Shown here piece after piece: positions 35,420 to 48,144 of a stretch of DNA of 64,000 nt. A model generated the notes under the pieces. That model was not told the origin of the DNA, searched no databases, and saw nothing but the letters and a program-made list of their open reading frames with translations. Within the stretch, counting starts at the first letter, position 1; each line of letters starts with the position of its first letter. Location: positions 95,358,001-95,422,000 of the forward strand of contig NC_086097.1 of NCBI RefSeq assembly GCF_963921235.1, read 5' to 3'. The position numbers were made by a program, and so were the translations under genes. Source of the stretch: Mobula hypostoma. Its lineage: Eukaryota.

Positions 35420-37860
35420 AACATAGAATAGTATACAGGTCCTTTGGCATATGATGTTGTGTTGACTTTTTAACCAACTCCGAGATCAATCTAACGCTTC
35501 CCTCTCACATAACACTCTGTTTCCTTTCATCCACATGCACTCACAAGAGTTTATTTAAATGTCCCTAATCTATCGGTCTCCACCACCATCTCTGGCAGTG
35601 TATTTACCACTGCGTAGAAAACCTACCTCTGACATAGCCCCTATACTTTCCTCCAATCACCGTAACCCTGGGTGTCAACATCTCTGAAGATCTATCCTGG
35701 GCATAGTCCATTGATGTAATTACAAAGAAGGCACAATAGCAGCTATATTTCATTAGGAGTCTGGGGAGACTTGGTATAACACTAAAGAATCTCGCAAATT
35801 TCGACCTATGTACCACAGAAAGCATTCTAACTGGTGCACCACTGTCTGGTACAGAAGGGTTTCTGCACAGGATTGAAAAAAGCTACAGAAAGTAGTGAAC
35901 TCAGCCAGCTCCATCGTGAGCACTAGCCTCCACAACATCAAGGACATCTTCAAAAGACGATGCCTCAAAAAGGCAGCATCAATCAGTAAGGACCCCTCCT
36001 CCCCATCACCCAGGACATGCCCTCTTCTCATTGCCACCATCAAGGAAATGGTAGGAACTCAATGTTTTAGGAACAGCTTTTGCCCTCTCCACCATCAGAT
36101 TTCTGAATGGACAATGGACAATGAACCAAGCACACCACATCAATTTTTTTCCTTATTGTTGCACTACTTATTTAATTTAGAATTTCCAAATATATTTCCT
36201 ATTATAATTCGCAATTTTTTATTATCATGTATTGCAATGTACTTCTGCAACAAAACATCAAATTTCAGGACCTATAACAGTTGATATTAAACCTGATTCT
36301 AATTCTCATTTTGATCCTGAAAATGATGCTCTTCCATATTAGCCATTTCTGCCCTAGGAAAAAGTCTCAGATTATCCACTCTATCAATGTCTCTTATCAT
36401 CTTATACACCTCTATCAAATCACCTCTCATCCTCCTTCGCTTCAAAGAATAAAGCCCTAGCTTTCTCAGCCTATCCTCATAAGATATGTTCTCTAATCCA
36501 GACAGTATCTCAGTAAATCTCCATTACACACTCTCTAAAGCTTCCACATCCTTCCTATAACGAAGCGACCAAAACAAAACACAACACTCCGAGTGTGGTC
36601 TGGCCATTTTTATGGAGCTATAACATTAACTTGTGGCTTTTGAAATCAATCCCTCAACTGGTGAAGTCCAACATTCCATACGCCTTTTTAATAATCCTAT
36701 CAACTTGCACAGCAACTTTGAAGGATCTATGGACGTGGATCCCAAGATCCCTCTATTCCTCCTCACTACGAAGGATCCTGACATTAACCCTATACTCAGC
36801 CTTCAAGTTCAACCTTGCAAAGCATATCACTTCATACTTTTTTGGATTGAACTCCATCTGCCACTTTTCAGCCCACCTTTGCATCCTATCAATGCCTATG
36901 AAAACCTTCAACAGTAGCCATAACTCAACTAACCTTCATGTCAACTGCAGACTTACTAACACACCCTTCCACTTCCTCCTCCAAGTCATTCATAAGGATC
37001 ACAAAGAGCAGGGGTCTCAAAACAGATCCCTGTGGAACATCACCTCCAGGCAGAATATAATTCCTCTACTACCACCCTCTGCCATCTTTGGACAAGCCAA
37101 TTCTGGATCCACACAGCCAGGTTTCCCTGGATTCCATGTCTTCTGACTTTCTGAATAAGCCTACCATGGGGAACCTTGTTGAACACCTTACTAAAATATA
37201 TATACACCGTATCTACAGCTCTATTTTCATCAATCTGTTTTGACACTTCCTCAAAGAATTCAGTCAGGCTTGTGAGGCATGACCAGCCCCTCAATAACTA
37301 TGCTGACTATCCCTAATCAGATTATGTCTTTCCAAAAGCTCATAAATCCAGTTCCTCATAACCCTCTCAATAGTTTTCCCACCACTGATGTAAAACTCTC
37401 TGATTTATAATTCCCAGGATTACCCCATTAACTTTCTTGAGAAAAGTAACAACATTTTCCACCCTCCAATCTTCTGGTACTACTCCTATAGCCACTGAGG
37501 ACACAAAGGTGAGCAAAACACCAGGAATCTCGTTCCTCTTTTCCTATAGTAGCCTGGGGTATATCCCATCCAGTCCCAGGAACTTATTCATCCTAATGTT
37601 TTTCAAAAATCCAACATCAAGAGAGGATATGGCTAATACATTCCAGCATACTAGCCTGTTCTATGTTGTCCTCATATTCATCAAGGTCATTCATTCATTA
37701 CCTGTCATTGGTAAATAGTGAAGCAAAGTATTCCCTAAGGACTTCTCCTACCTCCTCAGATTCTAAAAACATATTTCCTCTTTCATCCTTGATCAGTCCT
37801 ATACTCACTCTAGTCATTCTCCTGTTCTTCATCTACTTGTAGAATGCCTTGAAGTTTTCT
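35420..37860 (-). mobile_element. Degraded CR1 LINE interrupted by a Rex element
   Basis: 3' end at 35420-35660; resumes ~36335; SCLTSLTEFFEEV...VYIYFSKVFNKVPHGRLIQKVRRHGIQG (37040-37294). Confidence 0.88.
35662..36320 (+). mobile_element. Rex1/Babar 3' fragment nested in CR1
   Basis: LGVNISEDLSW...ITKKAQ.QLYFIRSL.RLG...KKAASISKDP; tail cctgattctaattct. Confidence 0.85.
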
Positions 37861-38499
37861 AAATGAGGAGGTATCAGTAATTTCATGCTATTGTGTGAAA
37901 TTTATTGATTCAATTGAAGGATGACTTTTTGTCAGGGTGGGGACTTTGTAGCTAAAGTGCATCCTCCACTCAGAACTTCTGAACATGCTTCAGCCTTGTC
38001 TTTTCTTCACACATACTGCCATCATTGAATATGAGATGGAATGTTCTAGGAGCTTTACCTCACCTTTGAGCTGCTTAAATCCACACCACCATTTTCAGCT
38101 GATTAATAACACACTTGTAAGTAATGCAAAAGTCAGAGTATATGAATCACATGTGATAATGTAGACCCAAGATTCAACTTGAGTTGATACACTGGGATAT
38201 TCTCCAAGTAATTGCAACCAATAGCCCTATTGCCAACTGTTCTCAAGTAGATTGATAATTAACAGAACCAGGACTTTGTGATTTGTATTGCTCACTTTTT
38301 CATCAAAGCTCCAGGTGAAATATTAAATCGGGGAGAGGGCGGCTACATTTTTAACTGGCACTTTTGTCTCTTGAGAGGAAGAAAACGCTGAAAAAAATTG
38401 CTTTGGATTGTTTTATTATTCTATTGAGAGGACAAGTTACAGGTTAACAACATAACAGGCAAAGGTGGATAGTTAAGTAAGGATAGATATAAATATAGT

Positions 38500-38635
38500 C
38501 ACAAACACGTGAAAATCTACAGATACTGGAAATCCAGGACCTGGTTAATGGTCTTGGCCTGAAACACCGACTATTTAACTATTTACTCTTTTCCATAGAA
38601 CCTGCCTGACCTGCTGAGTTCCTCCAGCATTTTAT
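38500..38635. mobile_element. Old short inverted Penelope terminal-repeat remnant
   Basis: Reverse-oriented tail (aaacacgtgaaaatctacagatactggaaatc) joined to a forward degenerate hammerhead and gctgagttcctccagc. Confidence 0.6.
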
Positions 38636-39611
38636 ACAAGCTGTAATAAACATATACTGTTCAGAAACCTGATAATTCAGGCCAACTGATCTGTGCCAGA
38701 AATTCACACCAGTATTTTTCTATTCTTATCTCCTACATTCATTTTTCCAGCTTCCCTTTAAATATATCAATGCTTTTAACTTTGTATAAAGAAGTGCCCC
38801 AGAACTTACTTAGTGGATTTATTTGTTATAATTCTGAAGTTTGGTCTTCCCTATATACAATATTCTACTGGCTTTAGATATCTGCATTCTGCAAGATCAA
38901 GATCAGCAGTGACCTGATAATTTGTTGGCCAAGGAAAATATTGATTAGGACATTGGTGAGCACGTCTCCACCTTTTTAAAAGTAATGAACAAATATGCTT
39001 TATATCCTATTACATGTATACACCAGAAGGATTAGATTTCAGAAAATAACAGGATTAGCACAAATCTACCAATCCATTTCAATGCTGATCCAGTCTGAGG
39101 TGTTGACAAGGTTAACACTGGAGGAGGGGTAAGTTGTAAAACATAATAACTTGAGTGAGCAGCCAAGACTTAAGACTGGGCTGAGATTCCAAAACATCAT
39201 GTGGAATGACCCAATGAGTGTTGTCAGACTGAGTACAGAGCACACACTATATACATGAGAGCTACCCCTCAAACTTCATCTCCAGACTGAACCTCCTCCC
39301 CCTTGGTGTTCAAGAGAAGTCCTGCTCAAACAATATTAGCACACAGTTTCTTAACAGCAGCTCACTCAGAAGCATTCTTCCTATTGCCTCCATGTGCTGG
39401 GACAAAAAGCACCCAGGTGCCTTATTTTAAGAAGAGTGGAGACATTCACCAATGCCCTTAATGACAATTATCCTCAGCTAAATTACCCATTCATTGTGGA
39501 TAGTGGGACTTTGCTGTTTGCAGTTATCATAGTATTGGTTCCAATACCAAAGTGTTTTAATGGTTGTGAAATACTCTTGGATCCTACAACACAAACACAA
39601 ATACAAATACA

Positions 39612-40560
39612 AATCCCCTTTCTTGACCTTTCTGTCTCTATCTCTGGAGACAGCTTATCTACTGATGTCTACTATAAGCCTACGGACTCTCACAGCTATC
39701 TGGACTATTCCTCTTCCCACCTTATCTCTTGCAAAAATGCCATCTCCTTCTCGCAATTCCTCTGTTTCCGCCGCATCTGCTCTCAGGATGAGGCTTTTCA
39801 TTCCAGGATGAAGGAGATTTCTTCCTTTTTAAAGAAAGGGGCTTCCCTTCCTCCACCATCAACTCTGCTCTCAAACACATCTCTCCCATTTCACACACAT
39901 CTGCTCTCACCCCATCCTCCTGCCACCCAACTAAGGATAGGGTTCCCCTTGTCCTCACCTACCACCCCACCAGCCTCCGGGTCCAACATATAATTCTCCA
40001 TAACTTCCGCCACCTCCAACGGGATCCCACCACCAAGCACATCTTTCCCTCCCCGCCCTTCTGCTTTCCGCAGGGATCGCTCTCTACACGACTCCCTTGT
40101 CCATTCGTTCCCCCCCCCCATCCCTTCCCACCAATCTCCCTCCCGGCACTTATCCTTGTAAGCGAAACAAGTGCTACACATGCCCTTACACTTCCTCCCT
40201 CACCACCATTCAGGGCCCCAGACAGTCCTTCCAGGTGAGGCGACACTTCACCTGTGAGTCGGCTGGTGTGATATACTGCGTCTGATGCTCCCAGTGGGGC
40301 CTTCTATATATTGGTGAGACCTGATGCAGACTGGGAGACCGTTTCACTGAACACCTATGCTCTGTCCGCCAGAGAAAGCAGGATCTCCCAGTGGCCACAC
40401 ATTTTAATTCTATGTCCCATTTCCATTCCAATATGTCCATCCATGGCCGCCTCTACATCAAGATGAAGCCACACTCAGATTGGAGGAACAACACCTTATA
40501 TTCCATCTGGGTAGCCTCCAACCTGATGGCATGAACCTTGACTTCTCTAACTTCCGTTAA
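39612..40560 (+). mobile_element. Penelope-like element: RT C-terminus + GIY-YIG endonuclease, no terminal repeat
   Basis: PFLDLSV...TDVYYKPTDSHSYLDYSSSH...FSQFL.FRRICS; C.R.KC.TC linker; GVIYCV...LLYIGET.R.LGDRFTEH; LEEQHLIFHLGSLQPDGMN; frameshifted. Confidence 0.92.
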
Positions 40561-40879
40561 TGGATTAAAACGATGGATTAAAGTGAAGTGGATTGTAATG
40601 CCTCTTATATCAGAGAACAATAGACACACCCCAAAGGAGAAGAGCAACTATGCTCTACAAAAAGGGTATGAGGGGGAGCATCCCCCAGGGGCATTAATAA
40701 CTCTATCAATATGTGGGTGGGAATCTAAACAGGTGAGAAATGGAAAGCTTCCCAGTCAAATTTGGAGTTAGGCAAAACTGCTATCCTTCCTCTGCCTTAT
40801 TTTCATATTGAACTGAGTTTCTTGCCAAATCCATCAGGAAGTATGCCAACATTAGGGATGTGATGATGTCAGGCAACAG

Positions 40880-42185
40880 AGGAATTTGGGTCAAAACTTC
40901 TGCAGTTTTCTGCTCTGATCCACGATGGCTCCTCTCCTGCACTCAGGTACAACTGACCTCGAGCCAAAAAGAAATACAGCAGAAATAAGGTAGATTCTTT
41001 GTAAGCTGCTCTGGTGAATTCCACTGTCGTGATGAGGCAACACTTAGGTTGGAGGAACAACACCTTGTATTCCGTTTGGGTAGCCTCCAACCTGATGGAA
41101 TGAACATCAATTTCTCAAACTTCCAGTAAAGCCACTAACCCCCCCCTCACCATTTCCCATCCCTTTGTCCTTCTCTCATGTTACCTCCTTGCCCACCCAT
41201 CGCCTCCCTCTGATGCTCCTCTCCCCCCACCCACACTTTCTTCCATGGCCTTCTGTCTCTTCCACCAACCTAGATCTTTGCTTCATCCCTCCCCCTACAA
41301 GTTTCACCTATCACCTGGTGTTTCTCCTTCCCCTTCTCCCACCTTTCAAATCCACTCCTCTGCTTTTTTTCTCCAGTCCTGCCGAAGGGTTTTGGCTCAA
41401 AACGTCAACTATACTTTTCTTCCCCCATAGATGCTGCTTGGCCTGTTGAGTTCCTCCAGCATTTTGTGTGTGTTGCTCAGATTTCCAGTATCTGCAGACT
41501 TTCTCTTGTTTCTGGTGAATTCTTTGTCCACTTCACCATCAGATGACCTGATAGAGACAGGAGAATGGTTTGTAGAGCATGTACCAAGAATTGAGTGTCC
41601 AACCAAGGTGAAGCAGAATCTAGGATTAGTGCTTCTTCTCAATTATGGGAAAGAACCATATCTTGAGCTGCAAGGTTCTCTGAATGTTGCTGCTCATGGT
41701 ACAAGTGGAGAACATACATTAGTCACCCTAGTCACATTCTATTTCATCTGGAGATCAAGAATGGATCCAGAATCTACAGAGACATGATGTGCATTGTACC
41801 AGAGAAAAAGCAGGGGAGATAAGAATGCCCTGAGGCCTTCATCCGAATAGCCACCTCATTGTGGGTTGTATCCAGTTGTGTATTAACCCTGGGAAGGAAT
41901 TTGCCAAGAGTCATCATGTGCTGTCCTTGAAGCTGCCTGACCATCTTACCAAGGAATGCTCTATTCAATTGGACTGTACCAGGCCATCCATACCTTATAG
42001 CAAAGCTTGCTCTGAACATCTTTAACATCTCCAAATCAATGTCCTTGAAACTCTGTGGGAAATGGTGAATCTTGCTTGATGGTTCATCAAGCAGGCTGTC
42101 AATTTCTTGGCTGAGGCCTGATGACCACAAGGCACAATATCACATGCCTTGAAGATCTGCATTCCCTTTCACAAGACCTGCAGCC
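40880..42185 (+). mobile_element. Degraded Tx1-clade L1 ORF2 fragment
   Basis: FVHFTIR, KVKQNLGL, FYFIWRSRMD, LPRNALFNWTVP and NVLETL resemble Tx1 ORF2 motifs (FIWRSKMD, LPRNAPSSWTVP). Confidence 0.7.
41022..41510 (+). mobile_element. Penelope-like 3' fragment with complete end, non-inverted
   Basis: DEATLRLEEQHLVFRLGSLQPDGMNINFSNFQ*; degenerate hammerhead at 41374-41410; 12-bp TSD tctggtgaattc (41010-41021, 41511-41522). Confidence 0.9.
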
Positions 42186-43214
42186 AAAAATCTACGTAGC
42201 CAGTCTTGCCCATGTCAACAATAGCTCTCAGTAACCGAGCAGACTGGCCAATCCGATTAAGCAATTGTTATTTATCCTCAGTATAAAAGAAAGATTAAAT
42301 AAACAAATATTTGAAATGGGTTTTAGTTTGAACCAACATTCCTTGTAAAATATTTCGACATTTTATCATTCTCCTCCTATACATGCCAAGGAATAAAGCT
42401 TTTGCGCCTTTGTTCCAGAAAAGTTAATAAATAAGCCATGTGCATTAATTGATTTCCATGCTGCGTTTACCATCCATCTGGATTTAATTACTGCTGGGAA
42501 TGAGAGTGTATATATAACAGCAGGAAAAGCCTTGCTCACAGATTTCTCACGCTCAGAGGTTCTCTTTTTGGGAAATCTTCATAGGTGGGATGTGATGAGA
42601 TTTAGCGGGAGCAGCTGCCCCCACACTTTGATAGCACTTGAACATTGAGTGGCAGCAAAGTTATAAAATCCAGCAGCCCCCTCTCCAGTCCAAACCTCGA
42701 TCATAGGGGGTAGTTATGAGGGCAGATAGAGCTCTCACTTTGTAATTACCAAACTGTTGCTCCACCCTGATTATTTTTGTTTCAGGACAGGAAGAGGCAG
42801 CATTCATGCCAGTTTCCAACTTAACACATTCACTGCCGGCCAAACACAGTCTTGATGCTTGTTTAAATATTCTGGTCCCTGAGATCTCTGCCCAAATGAC
42901 TGACAGCCTCCATAGGGGACGATCAATCAAGAAACTCCTGCATTTATATGCTGCATTTCATTTCACAGGACATCCTGAAGGTTTAGCAGCCATGAAGTTC
43001 TTTTAGAATATACAGAGAAACTTCTTACAGACAGCAATGTGATACTGCGTAAATCAGGAGGTATGGGCGCAAGGTGGCGGCTAGTGATTGGGGATGAACT
43101 CCTGTTGTCACAGAGAGGTACAACACGGAAACTAAAATCTTATCCCAACCTAACATATTCTGTCCACATTCCCTCTGGCTCGCTCCTAATTCTTCTACCT
43201 CTCATCCACAGACC

Positions 43215-43394
43215 AAGGTAATTTACACTGCCCAGTTAAATTAGTGACCTGTGTCATTTTGCGAACATCCAGAGAGATCCACGAGGTTGCAGAAAAAGCA
43301 CAGACTTTGCACCAGCAGCACCAGAAGTCAAGAGTGGACTGGAGTCAATGGAGCTGTAAAGCAACAGCTCTACTAGCTGCACTGCTGTGCTACC
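43215..43394 (-). mobile_element. tRNA-derived SINE remnant (related to 34116-34245)
   Basis: Reverse complement ggtagcacagcagtgcagctagtagagctgttgctttacagctcca... is a tRNA-like head. Confidence 0.55.
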
Positions 43395-43404
43395 CTCTTT
43401 GATT

Positions 43405-43590
43405 AGCACCATGAGTTCTTTTGGGTTCACTCAAGAAAGCAAAGAAGTCTTGGTTTAATATCTTGTCGGAAAGGCTACTGATAGTTTAGTACTCCCTCAG
43501 TAATGCACTAAAGAGCCAGGCAAGTTTAAGTATTCATGTCTCTGGAACAAGATCTAATTCGGGGAGAAGAGTGAATTTACTGAGCCATGA
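43405..43590 (-). mobile_element. Ancient SacSINE1/DeuSINE-like remnant (similar pieces near 3770-3880, 38880-38970, 42930-43040, 47720-47830)
   Basis: Reverse complement tggctcagt...tccagagac.tga...gtgcattactgagggagtact...ctttccga...ttaaacc resembles the SacSINE1 consensus as I recall it. Confidence 0.5.
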
Positions 43591-43739
43591 ATGTTACAAA
43601 TGGAATTGGTGAATCAGGAGCCTTCCAATTAGCTTTGCGAGGGAAAAGGAAATTGAAGCATGAAGTAAAAACTTGCCACTTGTCTGGTATTGAGTGTGGT
43701 GTTGTGGCTCAGAAAGAGAAGAGAGGTGAAGAGGACTGC

Positions 43740-44482
43740 AGTACTGATAGGAGATTACATATGAAGAGGAACAGAGACAAGATTCTGTGGACACAATAGA
43801 CACCCAGCTGGCATATTGCCTCCTAGGTGCCAGGGTCAGGGATGTCTTGGATTGGGTGCACAGCATTCTAAAGAGCAACCAGAAGTCTTGGTACACTATT
43901 GGCACTAATGACATAGGCAGGAAAAGCAAGGAGGCCCTAAAGAGAGAATTTAGGGAGCTAGGCAGAAAGAGGCAAAGCAAGACCTCCAAGATAGTAATCC
44001 CTGAATTGCTGCCTGTGCCACGCAGTAGTGAGGGTAAGAATAGGATGATTTAGCAAATGAATGTATGGCTGAGAAACTGGTGCCGTATCAGGGGAAGGGG
44101 TTCAGATTTTTGGATCATTTGGATCTCTTCTGGGGAAGATATGATCTGTCCAAAAGGGACGGGTTACAGCAGAACCCAAGGGGGATCAATATAATTGAGG
44201 GCTAGTTTGCTAATGCTGATCAGGAGGCTTTGAACTAATTTGGCAGGGGGATAGGAACCGAAGTGACAGGGCTGAGAATGGGGTAGTTGGTTTACAAACG
44301 GAGGCAGCGTACAGTGAGATTGCTAGCAAGGAAAGGCTGATGAGAGGGCAAAACTGCAGTCAATGGGATGAGTTGCAATATAAAAAGGAGACAGAATTGA
44401 AAAAGGTGATGAAGGTGTTATAGTTGAACGCACACAGCATACGGAATAAGATACAGTAGATGAACTTGTAGCACAATTACAG
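43740..44482 (+). mobile_element. CR1 5' region (esterase-type ORF1 and start of ORF2)
   Basis: CLLGARVRDV...IGTNDIGRK...LLPVPR (SGNH-like ORF1), then LNAHSIRNK (start of APE domain). Confidence 0.85.
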
Positions 44483-44483
44483 A

Positions 44484-45358
44484 ATTGAATTCAATTGACT
44501 TTATTACTTACATCCTTCATACACAAGGAGCAAAAAATCTTTATGTTACGTCTGTCTAAATAGGCAATGCGCAATTTGTAGTAACTTATAATAAATAGTA
44601 TATAAAACAGGATAGTCAATATAACATAGAAAAACAGTTGTGTCAGCATGAGTTAAGCAGTCTGATGGCCTGGTGGAAGAAGCTGTCTTGGAGCCTGTTG
44701 CAGTACCATTTCCACAATGGTAGCAGCTGGAACAGTTTGTATTTGGGGTGACTCAGGTCCTCAATGATCCTTCAGGCCCTTTTAACGCACCTGTCTTTGT
44801 AAATGTCCTGAATAGTGGGAAGTTCACATCTACTGATGTGCTGGGCTCTCCGCACCACATTGCAGAGTCCTGGAATTGAGGGAAGTACAGGCAGTGATGC
44901 AGCCAGTCAGGATGCTCTCAATTGTGCCCCTTTAGAAAGTTCTTAGGATTTGGGGGCCCACACCAAACTTCTTCAACTGTCTGAGGTGAAAGAGGCACTG
45001 TTGTGTCAATTTCACAACATAGATGGTATGTACAGACCACGTGAGAATCCCTTTGTGATGTTTATGCCTAGGAACTTAAAGCTGTCACCCTCTCAACTAC
45101 AGATCAATTGATGTCAATAGGGGCTAGCCTGTCTCCATTTCTCCTGTAGTCCACAACCAGCTCCTTTGATTTTGTGACATTGAGGGAGAGGTTGTTTTCT
45201 TGACACCATTGTGTTAGGGTGATGACTTCTTCTCTGTAGGCTGCCTCATTATTTGAGATTAGGCCAATCAGTGTAGTGTTGTCAGCAAATTTAATTAGTA
45301 GATTGAAGCTGTGGGTGGCAACACAGCCATGGCGATACAGAGAGTAAAGGAGGGGGCA
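44484..45358 (-). mobile_element. Rex1/Babar 3' fragment
   Basis: aattgaattcaattgacttta tail on the plus strand; minus strand KFADNTTLIG, LNVTKSKELVVD, FKFLG. Confidence 0.85.
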
Positions 45359-45399
45359 TATTTAACATTGTGGGTATCATTGAATTGTGTCTGAAAGAA

Positions 45400-45530
45400 G
45401 ATTACAGCTGGAAGCTGCCAAGTTTGCAGTTGATATGAAGATTGATGGAGGGGCTAGTAGTGTTGAGGAAACAGGTAGGCTGCAAAAGGAGTTAAATAGA
45501 TTAGGAGAATGGGCAAAAAAGTGGCAAATG
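45400..45530 (+). mobile_element. Short CR1 RT fragment
   Basis: AKFAVDMKIDG...LQKELNRLGEWAKKWQM. Confidence 0.7.
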
Positions 45531-45534
45531 AAAT

Positions 45535-46526
45535 ACATGAAAAAGATATATGGTGTTTAGAAGCTGGTGAGAATCAGGCTGAAGTTGGCGCCTCTTTGAA
45601 ATTGGATATAGCGATGATCAGAATAATTATAAAAAATGTAGACAAGATGAAAGCTTCTGCAACAATGACCGCAAAGCTATCATCAATGAAGATGATACGC
45701 TTGAAAAAATGGAAAATAGACTAAATATATGGATGGGTGACCAAACACAACAAAACATGTGCCTAAGCCAGTTGATAATAATGGAAAAGGCAAGAAGCAT
45801 CTTCAATCATATTCAAGAAGAAGATGATGATACATCAGTAACATTCACAGCCAGTAAAGGCTGGCTTGATAGGTTCAAACAGCGCAGCAACCTCCATAAC
45901 GTATGCATCTCTGGTAATGCAGCTAATGCAGACTGCAAGAGCCTTAATAACGAAGAGCTTTGAGAATTGGCAGAACACATCCTGGGTGAATCAGAGGATA
46001 TGGATCAAGAAGAAGAAACACCAGCAAGAAACCTCACAAAATTCCTCAGCATTAGCATCACCATCACCATAATCACACATATCATTATCCAGTTTATCGA
46101 TAATGACCCTGACTGGAAGCAAAGCAATGAGACAAAGAGAGGTGTTCTCGATATGATTACCTGCTACCGAGAAATGCTTTATGAGAGGAAACTTAAGAAA
46201 ATGCAGTCAAATCTTAATGCCTACTTGGAGAAGAAGCCAAAGATACAGGAAAACCCACAGCCTGGTCCCTCCTCTAAGACGTAACCACTACTCGCTTCCC
46301 TCTGCTGCAGCTGCTGGGATGTGTTGCTGCTCCCCTGATGTACAGGATAGGCCCATCTGCCTGTTTGTCACTCCACAAATTACTATGTATACATAAAATA
46401 ATATATCATATATCACGGGTTTGATGCTTTTTAAAAAATCAGGCACACATGTCCATTTATGCAATGTTATAATACCCCCCCCCCCCCAATAGCACTGATT
46501 TACACAGTATAAGCGGGACCTGACTG
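45535..46526 (+). mobile_element. Tigger/pogo DNA transposon, internally deleted
   Basis: CENP-B-type HTH domains (LEAGENQAEVG...; MENRLNIWM.DQ...IMEKARSIF...FTASKGWLDRFKQR...ISG.AA.AD) joined directly to an acidic C-terminus; right end ataagcgggacctgactg is TIR-like. Confidence 0.85.
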
Positions 46527-48144
46527 TGTCTGGTTGAAGTCAAGCATAAGTTTGTACTGAGTATAAACATTGCACAGACCAAAAGGGACAAATGGTTATT
46601 TCTATACTGTAAATTCTGTATTTTAATATAACCGTACAAAGCTTATCCCCTGACTTTTACAATATCCTGAAATCTCCCTTCCTGAGCAACAATCTCACTG
46701 CTTCACCAATGATGACATAATCTTCAACATACTCTACAGTACTTGGTGTAATTCTCTCCTCTGATTCTATTATCCCTTCCTTTGCTGCCTTATAGCCCAT
46801 CCCTTTGAGCAGTTCTCTAGTTATTACCCCAAAACTTTCTATGTAGCAGTCAAAAGTGCAATACAAATCCAAGTCTGCTGTTTTGTAAATACCAATGGAC
46901 ACAACATCAGACTCCACTCACACAGCTGACTAGTTTGCCAACATTCATTGCTAAGGCTAGATCAAGCTGAATGCCAGATTGGGTTAGAGGTTATATTGCA
47001 GCTGTGGAGGTTCGATGCAAAGAGAGCTTGTCCTTTTAGAAGAGAAGAAAATGGTGTCAAAAGAAACTCCAGCAATATCTGTACTTTTCAAATGCAGCAC
47101 CAATTAAAGTATAGCCTGAACTGCCAGATTGTAAATTAATACAGCTGTATTACTCCCATTTCAAACATCAACAGCAGCCTATGTTTAAGTATTTCCAAAG
47201 CTGTCTAGATTGTTTCCTGTGCTCAGCCTTTGGCAAAGATACATAGGGAGGAGCAGGCACAACATTGTAAGAACAACAATCCACAAGCAGGGTATTGTAT
47301 TCACTGATTATTCCTAAGAGTTCTATGCTCAAGAATCTTTAATCGGGTCATGACACAAATAGGTACATGTCATACCTGTTCCCAAAGACAAAGTCAGAAT
47401 GTTGCTCATACCCTCAGATTACTTCACTGACTTTCCATTTCAAGATGCCAAACCTGATCCCACCAGGCATCTTATCTGGCAAAGACATCAAGTGGGCCAA
47501 TTAACTTTGTATGGTAGATTAAAGGGAAAACTTGCTATAACAGTGCTTTTCATATCCTGAGGACATTGCAAAGAATTTCAAAGCTCGTAAATTACTTTTG
47601 ATTACAAAGACCAGTGGATAGTTAAAATATGAAATAAAAGTAGCAAATACACAGCAATTCAGGCAGCATCCATGGGGGAGAAGTAAAGTTAGTATTTCAA
47701 GTGCATGTTTTTTAAGTATAGCCATTGTTCAACTGTAGGAAACATGGCAGCCAATTTACACAGAGACAATAAAACGATGATAAGGCAATAATATATTTAT
47801 TTCATTGGCTATTAACCAGAACACTGAGGAAAATGTATCATTTGGAAAGGCTGCTGCAGTTTCCAGTCCACCTTGCTATAAATGGTAGTGTTTCAAGCAA
47901 GCTAATGCGTGCATGAGAACAAATGCCACCCTTGGGATTCTGCAAGACAAGATGAGGAAATGAGTACCGAGACACCAGAGATAATTCACCATGAATAGCA
48001 ACATACACCAAAGGGAAATGGAAATATCTGCAAGATTTACAAGCTGCTTTATTTTATCATACAAAAATGCATCTTCCATGATTCCTTTTCGCTGCCCAAG
48101 AATAAATGGCAAGTAATAACTCTGAATCTGGGGAGTATTTGGAA

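Noticed and set aside
36595..37146. 183-aa plus-strand ORF
   Set aside because: Antisense reading of a decayed CR1 RT region.
41774..42130. 118-aa minus-strand ORF as a host exon
   Set aside because: It is antisense to recognisable Tx1 ORF2 motifs on the plus strand.
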